Shown here piece by piece: positions 24,001-39,142 of a stretch of DNA of 64,000 nt. The first letter of the stretch is position 1; each line of letters begins with the position of its first letter. Origin of the DNA: Bugula neritina (taxonomy: Eukaryota; Animalia; Bryozoa); assembly GCA_964035545.1 (NCBI GenBank), contig OZ037769.1, positions 16,088,633 to 16,152,632 of the forward strand, given 5' to 3'. The notes under the pieces were generated by a model. It did not search any database, had not been told where the DNA came from, and worked only from the letters and a program-made list of their open reading frames with translations. The translations under genes and the position numbers were made by a program.

Positions 24001-25763
24001 CTAAAGAAGCAGAAGAGTAGAGTGTAGTCTGCTAGTCATCTGACACTAGCAGGGCAACCACTTGTTATTCAGTGTCACAGCTGTAGACAGAAGAGTAGAG
24101 TATAGTCTGCTATAGTCATGTGACACCAGCATTACAGTCACTTGTTATTCCGTGTCACATACTAAAACACTGATTAAATTATTTGCAAAGATAACATTTC
24201 TTTTAAAAATTATGTATAGTAATATAAATGTTATATCTTACTCTTTCACTTAATAATATAATGAAATACTAAATTGTCCTCAACTGAGTTATGATAAAAT
24301 ACACAGAATACTAAAACATAATAAATATGTGAACTAAAACAACAATTAATCAGAATACAGAGTTTAGTGTGTACTTTGCATCAGTTTCTCTTTAGTGTAA
24401 TTCTCTCCAAGGATGTGGTAATAACCAGAATGTATATGCTCCATCATGTAACTTACCAACAACATAGCAGTATTTCACCAACAATATGGCAGCATTTTAC
24501 CAACAACATGGCAGCATTACACCAACACCATCTGGTCAGCTGCTAGTCTCAGTGACTGAGTAGTACTTGTGCGTCAGATGTTTCTGTCAGTCAGACTTGA
24601 GTCATTATGAGTCATCTCATCACAGGTAAGTATAAACATTTGTATGTTATTGTATGTTTAGTATGTCCTATTTATATGTATATCTACAGTACTAATTAGT
24701 ATAACACTATATGTATTGGTTGTAGACTAAAAAGGAAATAGCAATATTATATAGGACTGGTCATTTATATAAGCTGCAGCTTTATTTTTTATAATGCCCT
24801 TATATGTTGAAATTATCCTCTCAAATTAGGATATGATTTTCATGACTGCTGCTGTATGCATTATAGAGTTATCTTCCCATGATTGTCAAGGGAAATAACT
24901 CTACAATTAAATGCATATAAATTGGCTGAGGGAGACAACTCTATAATTGTATGTAGTTTTCCTATACTGATTACTATCTTTATGTGTACTAGGTACCCTA
25001 TCAGGTACCACCAGGTAATTGCAGGTGCTATCAGGTATAACAAGGTACTATAATAGAGTATATATAGGTACTGGCAGGTGATGTTGCATATCTATGTAGT
25101 ATATATGTATATGTTATGTTACAGGAAAGTTGGTTTACAGTGTGTTATTTATGTAACTATAATTTATAAGTAGTAATTAACAGAAGTACTCCACATGCAA
25201 ATTTATACCTGCATATATAACCTTCATGCCGAGAATAAACTGTCACCAATTCTATATCCTTAAAGAATGTATAATGGATTATGAATAATTAGGGCAGCTG
25301 TTATAGCAACTACATAAATAATATTACATGTGAGAGACTCATTGTTATAGCTGTTTGTATATCATGGTGTTGATGGTACTTTATTGGAGTCGTAAGTCTC
25401 AACTGATGCCATAAGGAAACGTGAAAACTATAATAGTAATGTATAAAACAACATGTTAGTAAAAATATATGCAAAGATGTATAATAAGTCACCAAGTTAT
25501 TGTCAAACAATAAAGATTTCATATTCTATTAAAATGCAAAGATATTATGTAATTATTAAGAATAATAACTGTATTACCTGATTGGCTCTATACTAGTGCT
25601 ATAAAACGGCTGCACTGTTCATGGCTCTAGCACTTGACCCACCATGGCTAGGCCAAGTCTTCTATAGCTAGCTAGTTTACAAGATGTGTTGGCTGACATA
25701 ACAGCTCAAAACAGCTGCATTAATTCTATAGAAAACAAATGTATACCATAGCTTAAGTTTAAT

Positions 25764-25896
<133 letters not shown>

Positions 25897-26761
25897 CTTG
25901 ATAATAGCTAAATATAACTATAGTTTATGAATGCATTTCCAATACTTGGGTTTTTATATATTTTTAGTAATAAGGTGAGTTACAAAAAAGCCATGCTGGC
26001 CGTTAAACTCATGCGTTTATATGATATATATAGCTATATAATATTATGTTGCAACTTTATGTTTCTGTTCAACATGCTTTAAACTGTCATTGTTTTGCAT
26101 TTCAATAATTATGCTTAATTTTATTTGTTTTAAAATTGCTTTTTACATCTTTATTCTTTTTATCTTATTCAACTCTCTAATAAGTTATATATAGAGTTAT
26201 ACATATGCATGTATAAGGTATCTGCAGATTATGCATTATATAGGAAATCGTTTTCTTAGGTCAAATCTGATGAATAATTCACACTGAATAAACTTAATAT
26301 TATATTTTCATTCCTTTAATATTATTATAAATTTGTTCAATTTGGGGATTATTATAAGTGTTAATATAGTTTTAAGAAGTTCTGCATACAAATGCTTTTC
26401 TATGCTCTTTATAGTATAATTTTACTTGGTTTTTCAACAGAAAAGTAAAATGCAGCAAAAAACTCTTATATATACAGACGTTATTATAGTTTAGCTAATT
26501 ATATAACATATACATGTGCACATGGTATAACATGTAACTTCATGTAGTAGTATGAATCTTCATATAATGCAGTAACACTGTCTCAGAACACAAGTATACA
26601 GGTACACAGGTTACATGTTCATCATAAGTTAGCCTGCAGAGATCTCTTATACATTCACCAGCTCACCAGGTGGAGCTCATTGCTTAGCTATTTCCTGTAT
26701 TCTGAGATAAATATCTTCAGTCTGAATATTTTAAACCGGCTGCTCTGTAGGTGTTGTGTTA

Positions 26762-26932
26762 GCCTGGGGCCACACTGAAATGACGTGCAAGAGATCCCGT
26801 TTAGCCGAAAAATTGGACGTCGTGAGCGGGATTTTCATGCTGAGAGAGAAGAGCGGGAAGCTTGTGCGTGTTTGATCTAATTGGCTTATTATCATTTAGC
26901 AGCACACTTTTTTATTTCAATTCACTTTTTTT
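26762..26932. mobile_element. Truncated copy of the 37737-38084 MITE family, opposite orientation
   Basis: Starts tta|gcctggggccacac. Reverse complement aligns to 37943-38084 (ctaaatgataataagccaattaga, gcatgaaaatccc). Second TIR not found. Confidence 0.6.
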
Positions 26933-28189
26933 ATTTCAGACTAAATAATGCTCCAGTACCAGATTTCTTATGATATTTGCACACTGCATCTGTTTGTATA
27001 TGAATATTGTATGCATGGAGATGCTTCTTATAGAAAGTTAATTCAGCATGAAACAAATTAGCTCCTTGGAATGTGGTGTGTTGATAATAAAGAGAATAGA
27101 AATGTAACCTGATATGGCAATTTAAAATAGCAAGTAAATATAACAATACATAATATTATAGCAGTTTAATATAACGATTTATTATAGCAAGATATAAATA
27201 TATAACATTTGATAGAAATTGAAATCATTTTATTATTTCTATCAGCCTCTGGTATATATACCATAGTTACTTGCTTTATTTTAAATTGAGAGAGATTAGT
27301 TTGTTATTTATTGTACTTTTCTAATACTTCTTGTATAATATAAATTCTTCTTTCTGTTTAATATACATACTATTAGTTCAACATATGATTTGGTTTACAA
27401 AATAATTTTTCATTCACATTTAACTGCTCAGTATAACTATCTTCAACAACTGTCTATATTATGTAACCTTTGCATACTCCAAACAAAACAATTTTAATCT
27501 ATGATCTTTCACAGTCTGTAAACTCATACCTTTAGTGCATGAGAATTGCACTGAGAAAAATATTTCTTTTTGAAGTTCTCATGTTCACTGCATACCAGTT
27601 TATACTCATAGAAATGTTGTGTTCTGTGATGATAAAGAAGATACAAACTGAATGAATAGTAACTTGATACTTTATCATCATGTAACATCTTCAATTAATT
27701 TATTTCTGTAACATTCATTGTGTGTTACACTCTGGTATTTCACTCATTAACATATATGTTATTCTCATAGACTGTTGAATCCATAGAGACTGTTGAAGAT
27801 TACAGAGACAGTGGAGTTCTCAAGAGACATAAAATATACACTTCTGTATAGAAAGAGTTATATCAAGTTATAACTTATATATTAAACTAATACTTTATGA
27901 GGACATACTACATTGTAATCTGTTGAATGGTAAGTTACTATTATTACGATATGAGGGTTGTATTATCTTTTATACTATTTTAATTAGTTATTCTTATATC
28001 CAAAATACATACTTAATAATTTTATTATATTTATGCAGTATTGGCTTGTATATATATTAATGGCTATAATATGCGCTATATAATATACATGCAGATTACA
28101 GAATGTATAACTAATACTCACTATAGCGCTTACTATATATATTATTATTTATTCGTTATTTTTAGATTAAAGTGAATTAATTATTACCA

Positions 28190-28203
28190 GTAACCATGGC
28201 AAC
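28190..28203. promoter_or_regulatory. RFX X-box-like palindrome upstream of copy 3
   Basis: GTAACCATGGCAAC; donor AAG|gtaaat at 28303 (paralogous donor at 67 for copy 1). Confidence 0.45.
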
Positions 28204-29184
28204 TCCAGCAGAAGATGTACAGCACACAGGTTTGAGTCTCTTTCAGAAAAAGATGTGAAAACTAACTGAAGTAACACAAAACTGCAGCATAGATATTTCA
28301 AGGTAAATATGTACATAGTTTGATACTAAACTAAATATAATATAACTGCAGACATACGCAGTACAATATACTATAAGTATATAGGGCGTAATATTTTGAA
28401 CCTATAAATATATAAAATACACTTTTCAAAACATACTAAGCTTGGCAATAAATTTAAGTTCAAGCTCTCCATCCTCATGAAAACACAAGATGGTAAAAGT
28501 TGTTAATAATTGGTAGCTAAACGCTTGATATTATTGAAACAGGAAATACTCTGCATATATAGTTAGTTTCTCTTTTAACCTGTCGGAATTGGAACCTATA
28601 TTGACCTAATTATATTATATGCTGGAGAGCTCACCATTAAGCTATAAGAAGTGTCACTCCAGATAGAAGCTTCCCAGTTGGACGCTATTTATTTATTTTA
28701 GTATTATATATATTTTATGTTTAAATAGACTTGGATTAATTGCTTGTTATTTAGAACACAATTAATTTTTTTACTTCCATTCCTTTTTTAATTTTGCATT
28801 TTCTATACTCATGCATTGTTGTTTATAAAGATATTTTATTAATAAGTTTTATTCATTAAAAATAATGTCTATACTACTATTGTATTACTGTTTTGTTGTC
28901 CCACAAAAGTCTGTCAAAATTGGAATATTATTCCAAATAATTTATATTAGCTATTTATATAGCTATTAGCATATTAGCTATTTAGCAATCTATGCAACAG
29001 TTATATAGGTATATATATAGATATATTATTATAAATGGTACCAAAATAAAAAATAGCATCTAAGTGGAAAGCTTCTATAATCTGGGATGAAACCTGCATA
29101 TAAAACAAAATGTGCAAACCCACATATATTTAAATATATATAATTATTGTGTAGGTTAAATTATAATATATCTAGTATATAGTG

Positions 29185-29486
<302 letters not shown>

Positions 29487-29568
29487 ATATAATAATATGA
29501 TTATGATATGATTAGGAATTTATTATGAAAATTAGTTGTCCCCAGGTTTAATGTATTTACACTTTGCA

Positions 29569-29835
29569 AATGCTGCAAGTAGGTGTGTTATGCTGTACAT
29601 ACATATTATATACTGAGTAATGCTGCAAGTAAGTGTGTTATGCTGTACATATACATATTATATACTGAGTAATGCTGCAAGTAGGTGTGTTATGCTGTAC
29701 ATACATATTATATATACTGCATGAGAAATGCTGCAAGCAGGTGTGTTATGCTGCACATACATATTATATACTGAGTAATGCTGCAAGTAGGTGTGTTATG
29801 CTGTACATACATATTATATACTGCATGAGAAATGC
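29569..29835. repeat. Same 50-bp minisatellite, 5 units
   Basis: Same unit; paralog of 610-866. Confidence 0.9.
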
Positions 29836-30782
29836 TTCAGGGTCACATACATTAGTTTCATGTAGTATTTATATGACCAAAACTAAAGCCATGAATGATG
29901 GTGGAAATAATACATTCCTCTAAACATAAAGGATGATATAATTTATTACATTCTTTAGCCTTTGAAATCCCCTCATTTGCATGAATGCATGAAGTTGCTT
30001 CTTTCAAAAAGCTGATGAGGCATAGAAATGCTTTAGCTCCTTGGAATGGAGCAATACTCTAAATGATTAGTAATTTGATAGTCTTTTATTATACAATCTG
30101 ATATATAATTTTCAGCTCATTGTAATGTTTCATTATTTCTTACATTTTCTCTTCTTTATCAACATACCACACATAGTTGCACAGTCATTGTGCCATAAGC
30201 AGTTCTAAGCGTCACCATATTATTATAAAGTGAACTTCCATCCCATTTATATCTGCTGTAAACCAACAATTGTCTACATTAAGTAATTTATACACACCTC
30301 AAACAAAACATTATCTCTATGATCTTTCACAGTCTGTAAACTCATACCTTTAGTGCATGAGAATTGCACTGAGAAAAATATTTCCTTTTGAAGTTCTCAT
30401 GCTCACTGCATACCAGTTTATACTCATAGCAATTTTGTGTTCTGTGATGATAAAGAAGATACAAACTGAATGAATATTGTAGCTTGATATTCTATTATTA
30501 TGTAACATCTTCTTGTTTAATCTTTCAATACTCAGTTGGAGATATATTCACCAAAACGTATTATTATGATATTTTTGTGCGTTGAGTTTATTACTATTCC
30601 ACATGTAAAATAAGCTAAAGTATTGAAATACAATAAATAATATGACGTGCAAAAATAAAGCTAAGGTTTTAAAAGCAATTTAGGTAGAAGCCACCATAAC
30701 TACATACGCCTCCATATGATGATGCTAAATAATTCGGATTGTTTTTGAAAATTTGCGGGCTATGGGTTTGCCCATATAATAA

Positions 30783-31062
<280 letters not shown>

Positions 31063-31115
31063 TATTTAATTTATTTATAATTCCGATTCGCAGGTACAAC
31101 ATAACATGGTGAATC

Positions 31116-31205
31116 ATGGAGGAGTACATTGCTGAATTAGAGTTACTTTTAACAAAACCCTTGGGAAAAGCAGAAACAACAGGAAACTGGGTTGACTATG
31201 TCAAG
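31116..31205 (+). CDS. NTase-TPR gene copy 3, first coding exon (MEEYIAELELLLTKPLGKAETTGNWVDYVK)
   Basis: Acceptor cgcag at 31093, ATG 31116, donor AAG|gtaaaa at 31206; paralog of 4424-4513. Confidence 0.72.
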
Positions 31206-32404
31206 GTAAAATTTCTATTTTATTGTAAAAGTTATTGTAAATAGTTATTAGCTAGTATATGGTTGAGGTTTGAAAAACTTCAGTGAAATGTGGAAGGATT
31301 TTATACACATAACAGTTATATAGTTTTAGTATATATCATAATATTATGGTATGCAGTGTATGCACGGAGGTGCTGCAGTAAATGAGATATAAAATAGTTA
31401 TATCTGTAGACATAATGAATACATTATCATGGAAATTGTAAACATACTTTTTTCAACTCAAATAATTTATTATTGCTTTAAAACATGCTGCTTCAATCAT
31501 AAAACAAATTCAACACAATTTTTTAAAGTGATAAACTATTGAAGGCCTGCAGCAAGTTTATCTGCATGTATGACATTATGTTGGTAAATTTGGTTTATGT
31601 GTCCAAGAATTCTCGACTCTGTTATATGGACTCTCTTTGACGATTGCAATAAGCCAGTGTGAACATGCATTACTTGTTGGCATCACAGACATAGACAGAC
31701 TTCAAGTAACTGTCTAACGAGCTATAGTTACTGTATAGACTATAGTAATTGTCAGTGGTTTAGTCATTGTTGGGTACAAAGCAGCCGAAATAGCCCAGGC
31801 CTGATGTTTTACCAATGCAGTTATTTGAGGTTAACACTTGTTAACACTATATAGAGGGTGTCGAATCTGGGTAATATCATTTTGAAAATAACTTTAGAAA
31901 TATTTTTCATCATTTTCACTGCAAATTAAACCTTTATATACAGTTCAAAATATAAACCATGTTGAGTGGAATCACTATATCTAGACACTTTACAAGTAGT
32001 GAATATTAGAACAGGCATATCCTGTGAATGAGGTCACACACAATTAGTAATCATTGTACATTTTTTAAATATTGATGATAATTTTCAATGGCCAACTTAA
32101 AGTATCAAAGTTATAGCTATATGCCGAATTAATATTTTCAACAAAAGCTGTATTTGAGTTCTAATGTTTGAGTTTTGTAATAGAAATAAGAAGTCAAACT
32201 ATATTATATACTGTCGATAAGTTCAAATCTCCATGTTTCATTTCAATTCAGCAACTTGCATTCAGTTGGTGCTCTGCTCTTGTCAGCCTCACATTATGAA
32301 TGAAGAAAAAATATTTAAATTGAAAAAAAGACAATAGATCGATCTGTTCTACCGCAATTTATAGTTGTAAAAATATAAGCAGTTGTCTTTCCTTTGTGAT
32401 GTAG

Positions 32405-35400
32405 AGTCATGGAATAGCAAACCACCTGCAAACCATAGATTCACAAAACAGTCAGAGATACCAAAAAGTCTATGAAATAGAAAACAAATGGTACAAAGGA
32501 AAACATCCACTCACTTTTACAGAACATCAAAAATTGACAAGACAACATAAACAACAACTTAAAGAATATCGAGAGAATACAATCATTAACTTTGACAGTT
32601 TGAATAGTGGTGTAGAGTTGTTGGACATAAACAATGTGTTTAGTGATGCTAATTTAAAAGTATCTAATCGGTTGTCTAATGATGTATTTGCAAGTAGTGA
32701 GGGGTGTTCCAAAGCATTTGCAGAGTTTTCTCGCTCTATTATTCAAAAGAGTAGAGAATTACTTAAAGGGTGTCAAGCAGAGCCACCCTGTAATTTTGCT
32801 GTAGTTGCTTTGGGCTCAGTAGCTCGTGGTGAAGCAACTCCATACTCTGACCTTGAGTATGCATTTTTTATTGAAAATGAGAATGAAAAAGATTATTTCA
32901 CTCAGTTGGCTGTTGACACATATTTTAGAATAACTAATCTGAACGAGTCCCCATTAAAAACCTTCGACATTAAAATTGAAAACTCTCCTGACTGTCTCAG
33001 TGAGATCTGTCCAGTAGGATATAGAATAGATGGTCTCACACCAAATGCTGGTAACATACCAACAGGAAATGGATTGGGTAGATCTCTCACCTTCACAGTT
33101 GAACAAGCAGTGAAGCTGTACAAAGAGGAAGTGATGTCACCATCTGAAGAACTAGCTATAGTCTTTCAGATCTGCTCATGACATCACAGCTGATATACTG
33201 TTCTGATGATGGGGCACAGTTACATGACAGATTTATGGAAGAAATAGCTACATATGAGAAAGTTACAGCTCAGAATGATCATGAACTTAAACAGAAGAGG
33301 TTAGAGAGACTTTCTATGGATTTACAAAAATATGATTTTCTCCCAGAATTTGAACTTACAACTGTTGTTAGTGATGGTGTGAGAGTAAAAGAAGACATTT
33401 TCCGTTACATCACTCTGTTGGCTACTAATCTGAACATTGCCCTTTGTTTTCAACTAAACTTTCCATGGAAGGTTTATGAGTCACTTTATCAGTCAGGGAT
33501 GATTTCTAAAGATAGCCTGAGATATCTTCACATTACCTTGGGACTCTCAATATACATGAGAACTATGGCATACATCATGATGGGAACTCAAAATGCTGAA
33601 ATTTTGCTGAGTACTCCAACAGCTGAAGTGAAAAGTTGGAGTGAAGAAAACAAACATTACTATGTACCAAGGACGGTGTTTGTGATGTTTGGCTCAATAC
33701 TAATTCCAATAAAACAAAGACTCATATCAAGTATGAACAAAGGAAACAGCCTACTGTCAACATTAAAGGAGAGGAGTGTAAGTGAATACCTGAAATCAGT
33801 AATTCCCAGTGACTTGGTGACAGATAAACATGATTATATGACAATTTGTGAAGTAGTGTGTTATGTTGAAGACTCAAAAACAGCCTTCAAGCACATATCT
33901 GCTGGTTCAGGTGTTGATATCAGAAGTGCAGGATATGAAGAGTTTGTGAAATGTATAAGAGCAAAATACAACACAAACAAATCAGACTATCTCGAGAAAA
34001 AGTATTTGGAAATGTGCTGTTATTTGCTGATTACAAGTGACCATAATAGTAGTGCCATTGACTACCTAAGTTGGTTAATCAGTTATGAAACAGATTGGTT
34101 TTGTATACTGCAGTGTAAGAGGCTGATAGCTGACTGTATGAACAAACTGAGCAGATATAAACCTGCTAGGAATATTCTCATTCAGATAAAGTCTACACTA
34201 GAAGAAAAGCTCATGATAGACAAGAACACATCTCTCACAGAGTACATACTAAGAAAGGGGGAAGCTTCTACTAAATTGCCAGAGTATATGCTAGATCTGT
34301 TTCAATTCACATATAATCTCTTCTACTCACTGGGTGTGACTAATATTTACTTATCAAATCCAGCTGAAGCTAAGTCTTACCTGATGCAGTCCCTTTCTAT
34401 TCACAAAATATTGTGTGAAAAGAAGTTCTTAGATTGTAGGTCAAGAAAAAACAAGATGACGAAATCAAATATTTGGGGCAAATTAGGTGTTGTGGATTTA
34501 CTTGAGGATAAGAATAGCACAGCACTAGAATATCACACTAAGTCACTGGAGATGTTGAAAGCTGTTTATGGTGAACATACAAACCACTCTAGTATAGCTG
34601 CCAGCTATAGCAATATTGGTACTGTACACAAACAACTAGGTAACAATGACACAGCACTAGAATATCACACCAAGTCAATGGAGATGAGGAAAGCTGTTTA
34701 TGGTGAACATACAAACCACTCTAGTATAGCCATCAGCTATAGCAATATTGGTACTGTACACAAACAACTAGGTAACAATGACACAGCACTAGAATATCAC
34801 ACCAAGTCAATGGAGATGAGGAAAGCTGTTTATGGTGAACATACAAACCACTCTAGTATAGCCATCAGCTATAGCAATATTGGTAATGTACACAAACAAC
34901 TAGGTAACTATGACACAGCATTAGAATATCACACCAAGTCACTGGAGATGAATAAAGCTGTTTATGGTGAACATACAAACCACTCTAGTATAGCTGCCAG
35001 CTATAGCAATATTGGTACTGTACACAAACAACTAGGTAACAATGACACAGCACTAGAATATCACACCAAGTCAATGGAGATGAGGAAAGCTGTTTATGGT
35101 GAACATACAAACCACTCCAGTATAGCTATCAGCTATGGCAATATTGGTAATGTACACAAACAACTAGGTAACTATGACACAGCATTAGAATATCACACCA
35201 AGTCACTGGAGATGAATAAAGCTGTTTATGGTGAACATACAAACCACTCTAGTATAGCTGCCAGCTATAGCAATATTGGTACTGTACACAAACAACTAGG
35301 TAACAATGACACAGCACTAGAATATCACACCAAGTCAATGGAGATGAGGATAGCTGTTTATGGTGAACATACAAACCACTCTAGTATAGCCATCAGCTAT

Positions 35401-36204
35401 AGCAATATTGGTACTGTACACAAACAACTAGGTAACAATGACACAGCACTAGAATATTACACCAAGTCAATGGAGATGGAGAAAGCTGTTTATGGTGAAC
35501 ATACAAACCACTCTAGTATAGCTATCACCTATGGTAATATTGGTAGTGTACACAGGCAGCTAGGTAACTATGGCACAGCACTAGAATATTACACCAAGTC
35601 AATGGAGATGATGAAAGCTGTTTATGGGGAAGGTTCGGCACATCCTAATCTTGCAGCTGTGATCTCTTCTATTATAGATATCTATTTACAATACAAGAGA
35701 TATGAAGACTGTCTGTCCCTTTGCTATACTCCTGTATTGAGTAATCAGTGTCTGTCCAAAGTCCTCAACAGAATATCAGCAGATTACATCAGATCATCAA
35801 ACTACAGAAGAGCTGCTCAGTTTCTGCAGATTGCTATTTCTAAAGCTGCTGATCATAGCAGGCAACAGGCTGACAATTACCACCAGATGGGTAAATGTTA
35901 CATGCTGATGTCATCATACAAGAAGAGTTGGTGTTGGTTGTTCTCTGCTCTCTGTCTGTATCAGTCCTTCCTCAAAACTAGAGAGGTCATTTTTTCTCTT
36001 GGTGAAGTTCACCTGTCCATATCCCTTCTACTTCTGCACACTGGTCATGTGACTCAGTCTCTTGAACACTGTAAAAGATCTCTTGACAATTTTAACAATC
36101 TCTCTGATGTCAATACAAACTCTGCTGTCAAATATCTGAAGACAGACCTTCTGCAACTCTCTGACTCATTGCATCTTATTAAAATCTTAACCAATCACTT
36201 TTAG
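32405..36204 (+). pseudogene. NTase-TPR gene copy 3, large exon (9 TPR repeats) split by a +2 frameshift at about 33157-33160
   Basis: Acceptor at 32404. Copies 1/2 read GAA CTA GCG AGT CTT; copy 3 reads GAA CTA GCT ATA GTC TTT, giving ORFs 32534-33181 and 33178-36204. Confidence 0.8.
34470..35650 (+). repeat. Coding 132-bp TPR tandem array, 9 units
   Basis: cacagca(c/t)tagaata at about 34519, 34651, 34783, 34915, 35047, 35179, 35311, 35443, 35575. Confidence 0.92.
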
Positions 36205-37261
36205 GAAGAATGCTCACCACACACCTGGTCTTCGACAAAGTTTTTAAGCTAGAATTTGCTTTCCCTTGGCCAACATTTCCTTTGTTTTGTGTATCTTGTG
36301 TCGACCCTGAGTGTTATGATGCCTTCAGCATGCCGACAGTCATGCCATCAGTTCTTTAGCTGTAGATTCTGGTTTCACAAATATGCGTATAGATATATGG
36401 TACTTTCATTGATATAATTTTTGGCTCTATTTTTACATACATTTAGATTTATTATAGATATTAATTATTATAATCATTATAATTCTTTAGTTACTGTGTT
36501 GTATTTACTACTTATAATGTATTTGCTATTATACCTTTGTTAGTCCTTCATAATTCAACTTTGAAACTTGTTTATACTGACTTTTGCAATATATATTACC
36601 TTGAAACTGTTTATATTGGGAGGAGATTTTATGTTACATAACTTTTTACCATTGTATGCTTTACTATCTTGTATATTTTACCCACAATGCATTTTGTAGT
36701 TATAATCAACTTCCTGCATGACTATGAGCTAAAAGATTTTCTTGACAAAATAATATTATTTACTCTTTCGGAGCTTAGTTTTTGCTATTTCCTGTTTTCT
36801 TCCATCATCTGAACAAATTGTATTTTTACAAATATTCCATTAATGATGCGTTTTATGCCACATTTTGTTTAAAGGTAATTTTGAAATTCAGAAATATTTT
36901 TTAGTTTCATAAAAATTATATTTTTTGTAATTTTTGCACTGCAATTTTAATTATGATTCTATCCTGTGTCAGTATGTATTTAATAGTATTAGTAAATATA
37001 TCTTATGTTATGTAAACATTATTCACTTCAATATTAGTTTGAACTTAAATTTAGTTCTTCACAGCAGATGTGTGTCAAAATACGATATTTAAACATTTTC
37101 CTGACACAAGTAACATGTTAAAACAGATCTGAACAGTGTGAAGATACTTCTAGCAACTAACACATGACCTATATATTAATATACTATATACATACACTGT
37201 CAACCACAGAAACTTTCTTTTGTACTCTTTTGATATCAACATTATTTGCTTGAAATTACAT

Positions 37262-37420
37262 CACACTTATCATTCATATAATAATATACCCGAAGAGTAT
37301 ACAATACATACAATACACTGACTATTCATATAATAATGTATCCAAAGAGTATACAATACATACAATACACTGGCTATTCATATAATAATATACCCAAAAA
37401 GTATACAATACATACATTAT
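37262..37420. repeat. 52-bp minisatellite, 3 units, 3' of copy 3
   Basis: Same unit. Confidence 0.9.
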
Positions 37421-37736
37421 AAAAGTTTAGGTACACGAACCACACATTTCATGTAGTTTCACAGAAAAGACATTATATATCTACCCGTTCAGTAACTATA
37501 AGTACATACAAGCCACTATATTTGGTATAGGAAGATATGATATGATATTGCATGCATGTAAGAAGGTCCATTTCTATAAATACTATTAGAGACTGAGTCA
37601 TGGAAACTTCTAGAAGTTCTTATTGAATCCTTACTTAGAGTCAAGTGGACAAGTATTTATAAGTTGATAAGTTATACTCTGTACAGTGTACTTAAATCAG
37701 TGAGAAGGTAACTGCTAAAAGCTGTACTGACAGTTA

Positions 37737-38084
37737 GCGTAGGGCCACACGACACATTTTACACGCTCGTGACGTGCGAGAAAACCCCTACCGGTGCGAT
37801 GTTAGCGTTAAACTTTACTGCTCGCCGACAGACGTTCGTTTATAAAACTACGTCATCTGCAAAGTGACTTTGGATATTATAAAAGCAGAAATGCAAATTA
37901 TATGAAACTGTTTTAATTCAGCTCGCTTAAAGCTAAAATGTAAATTGAAATAAAAAAGTGTACTCGCTAAATGATAATAAGCCAATTAGACGCATGAAAA
38001 TCCCTCTAACGACCTCCTATTATTTGGGCTAAATAGGATTTCTCGTAGTCACGCACGTATAAAATGCTCCGTGTGACCCTTCGC
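37737..38084. mobile_element. Related Harbinger-like MITE
   Basis: Imperfect TIRs gcgtagggccacacg / cgtgtgacccttcgc, TTA both sides; absent from the paralogous site at about 22985. Confidence 0.8.
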
Positions 38085-38957
38085 TTACTCTGTACTGACA
38101 GTCAATTTGTGTAGTGACTGTAACCAAGACTATTCAATGACTGTGACCTATACAGTGACTGTGTATGCAGTGCGACTCTGTAGTGACTGTAATATAGTCA
38201 CACCTTGAAGAGTGGAGGTGCTCACCATTTTAGATCTCAACTGTTACATTAAAGTACATGTCATCTCTCTGAAGTTGAAGAGAAATTTGTGAATATTTCA
38301 CTAGCTAACCACTACTTACAAACTGTAAACAATGCAAAGTAGGACACTTTAGACTTTAGTGAAAGCATGAAACTTTATTTTGACCTCACATTTGTCCACC
38401 ATATAGTTAAAACAGAAAGTAAGATGCAGCTAAAGCCATGCATTATGCCAGGATTAAAGAAATTTTGTTAATGAAAATATAAATTGATACTCTACAACAA
38501 ACAAGTCAAAAAATAGATAATATCAAAGCTGCAGATAATAAACATGCTGTCTAGAAATTTAATTATAAATACAGATACAAAATATTTTGTGGTTTTACAG
38601 TTTACATGTAATGTCAGTTAATACTTGTATAAGGTAAATAATGGAGTCACTAACTTGTATATTAAACTACAAAAAAAATAAATCAACTAAAAATATATTA
38701 TGCAGACAACTACAAGATTTTAGGAAAAGTAATTAAATAAACAGCTATTCATGAGCCAATAGAATGAGTCATTAGATTCTCCTCATATAGAGTTATCTTC
38801 CCATGTCTCACATGTAGACTAGGGAAAGTAGAGTATACACATATATTATATTGAGTATACTTGTTCAGTATGAGAGATTATCATTATATTACAATATACT
38901 CTGAGTGCAGTTAGATACACCATTCTGAAATAAGGAATGGATATAATATCCCTGTAC

Positions 38958-39116
38958 CTGGAGGGGGAGGTGGGTACTGACTAGTGTAGTCAGCTGTCTG
39001 TCCAGTAGGGGGTGCTGCCCTGTTGATGGGTGGGAGACGACCTTGAGGATAATGTTGTTGAGACTGAGAGTATGTTGGAGGAGGTCGTCTGCTGTTATGG
39101 TGACTCATCTCTTGTT
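38958..39116 (-). CDS. Pro/Gln-rich 159-nt exon with PPxY motif, copy 3
   Basis: Same splice signals; ORF 38911-39108. Confidence 0.5.
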
Positions 39117-39142
39117 CTAAAGAAGCAGAAGAGTAGAGTGTA

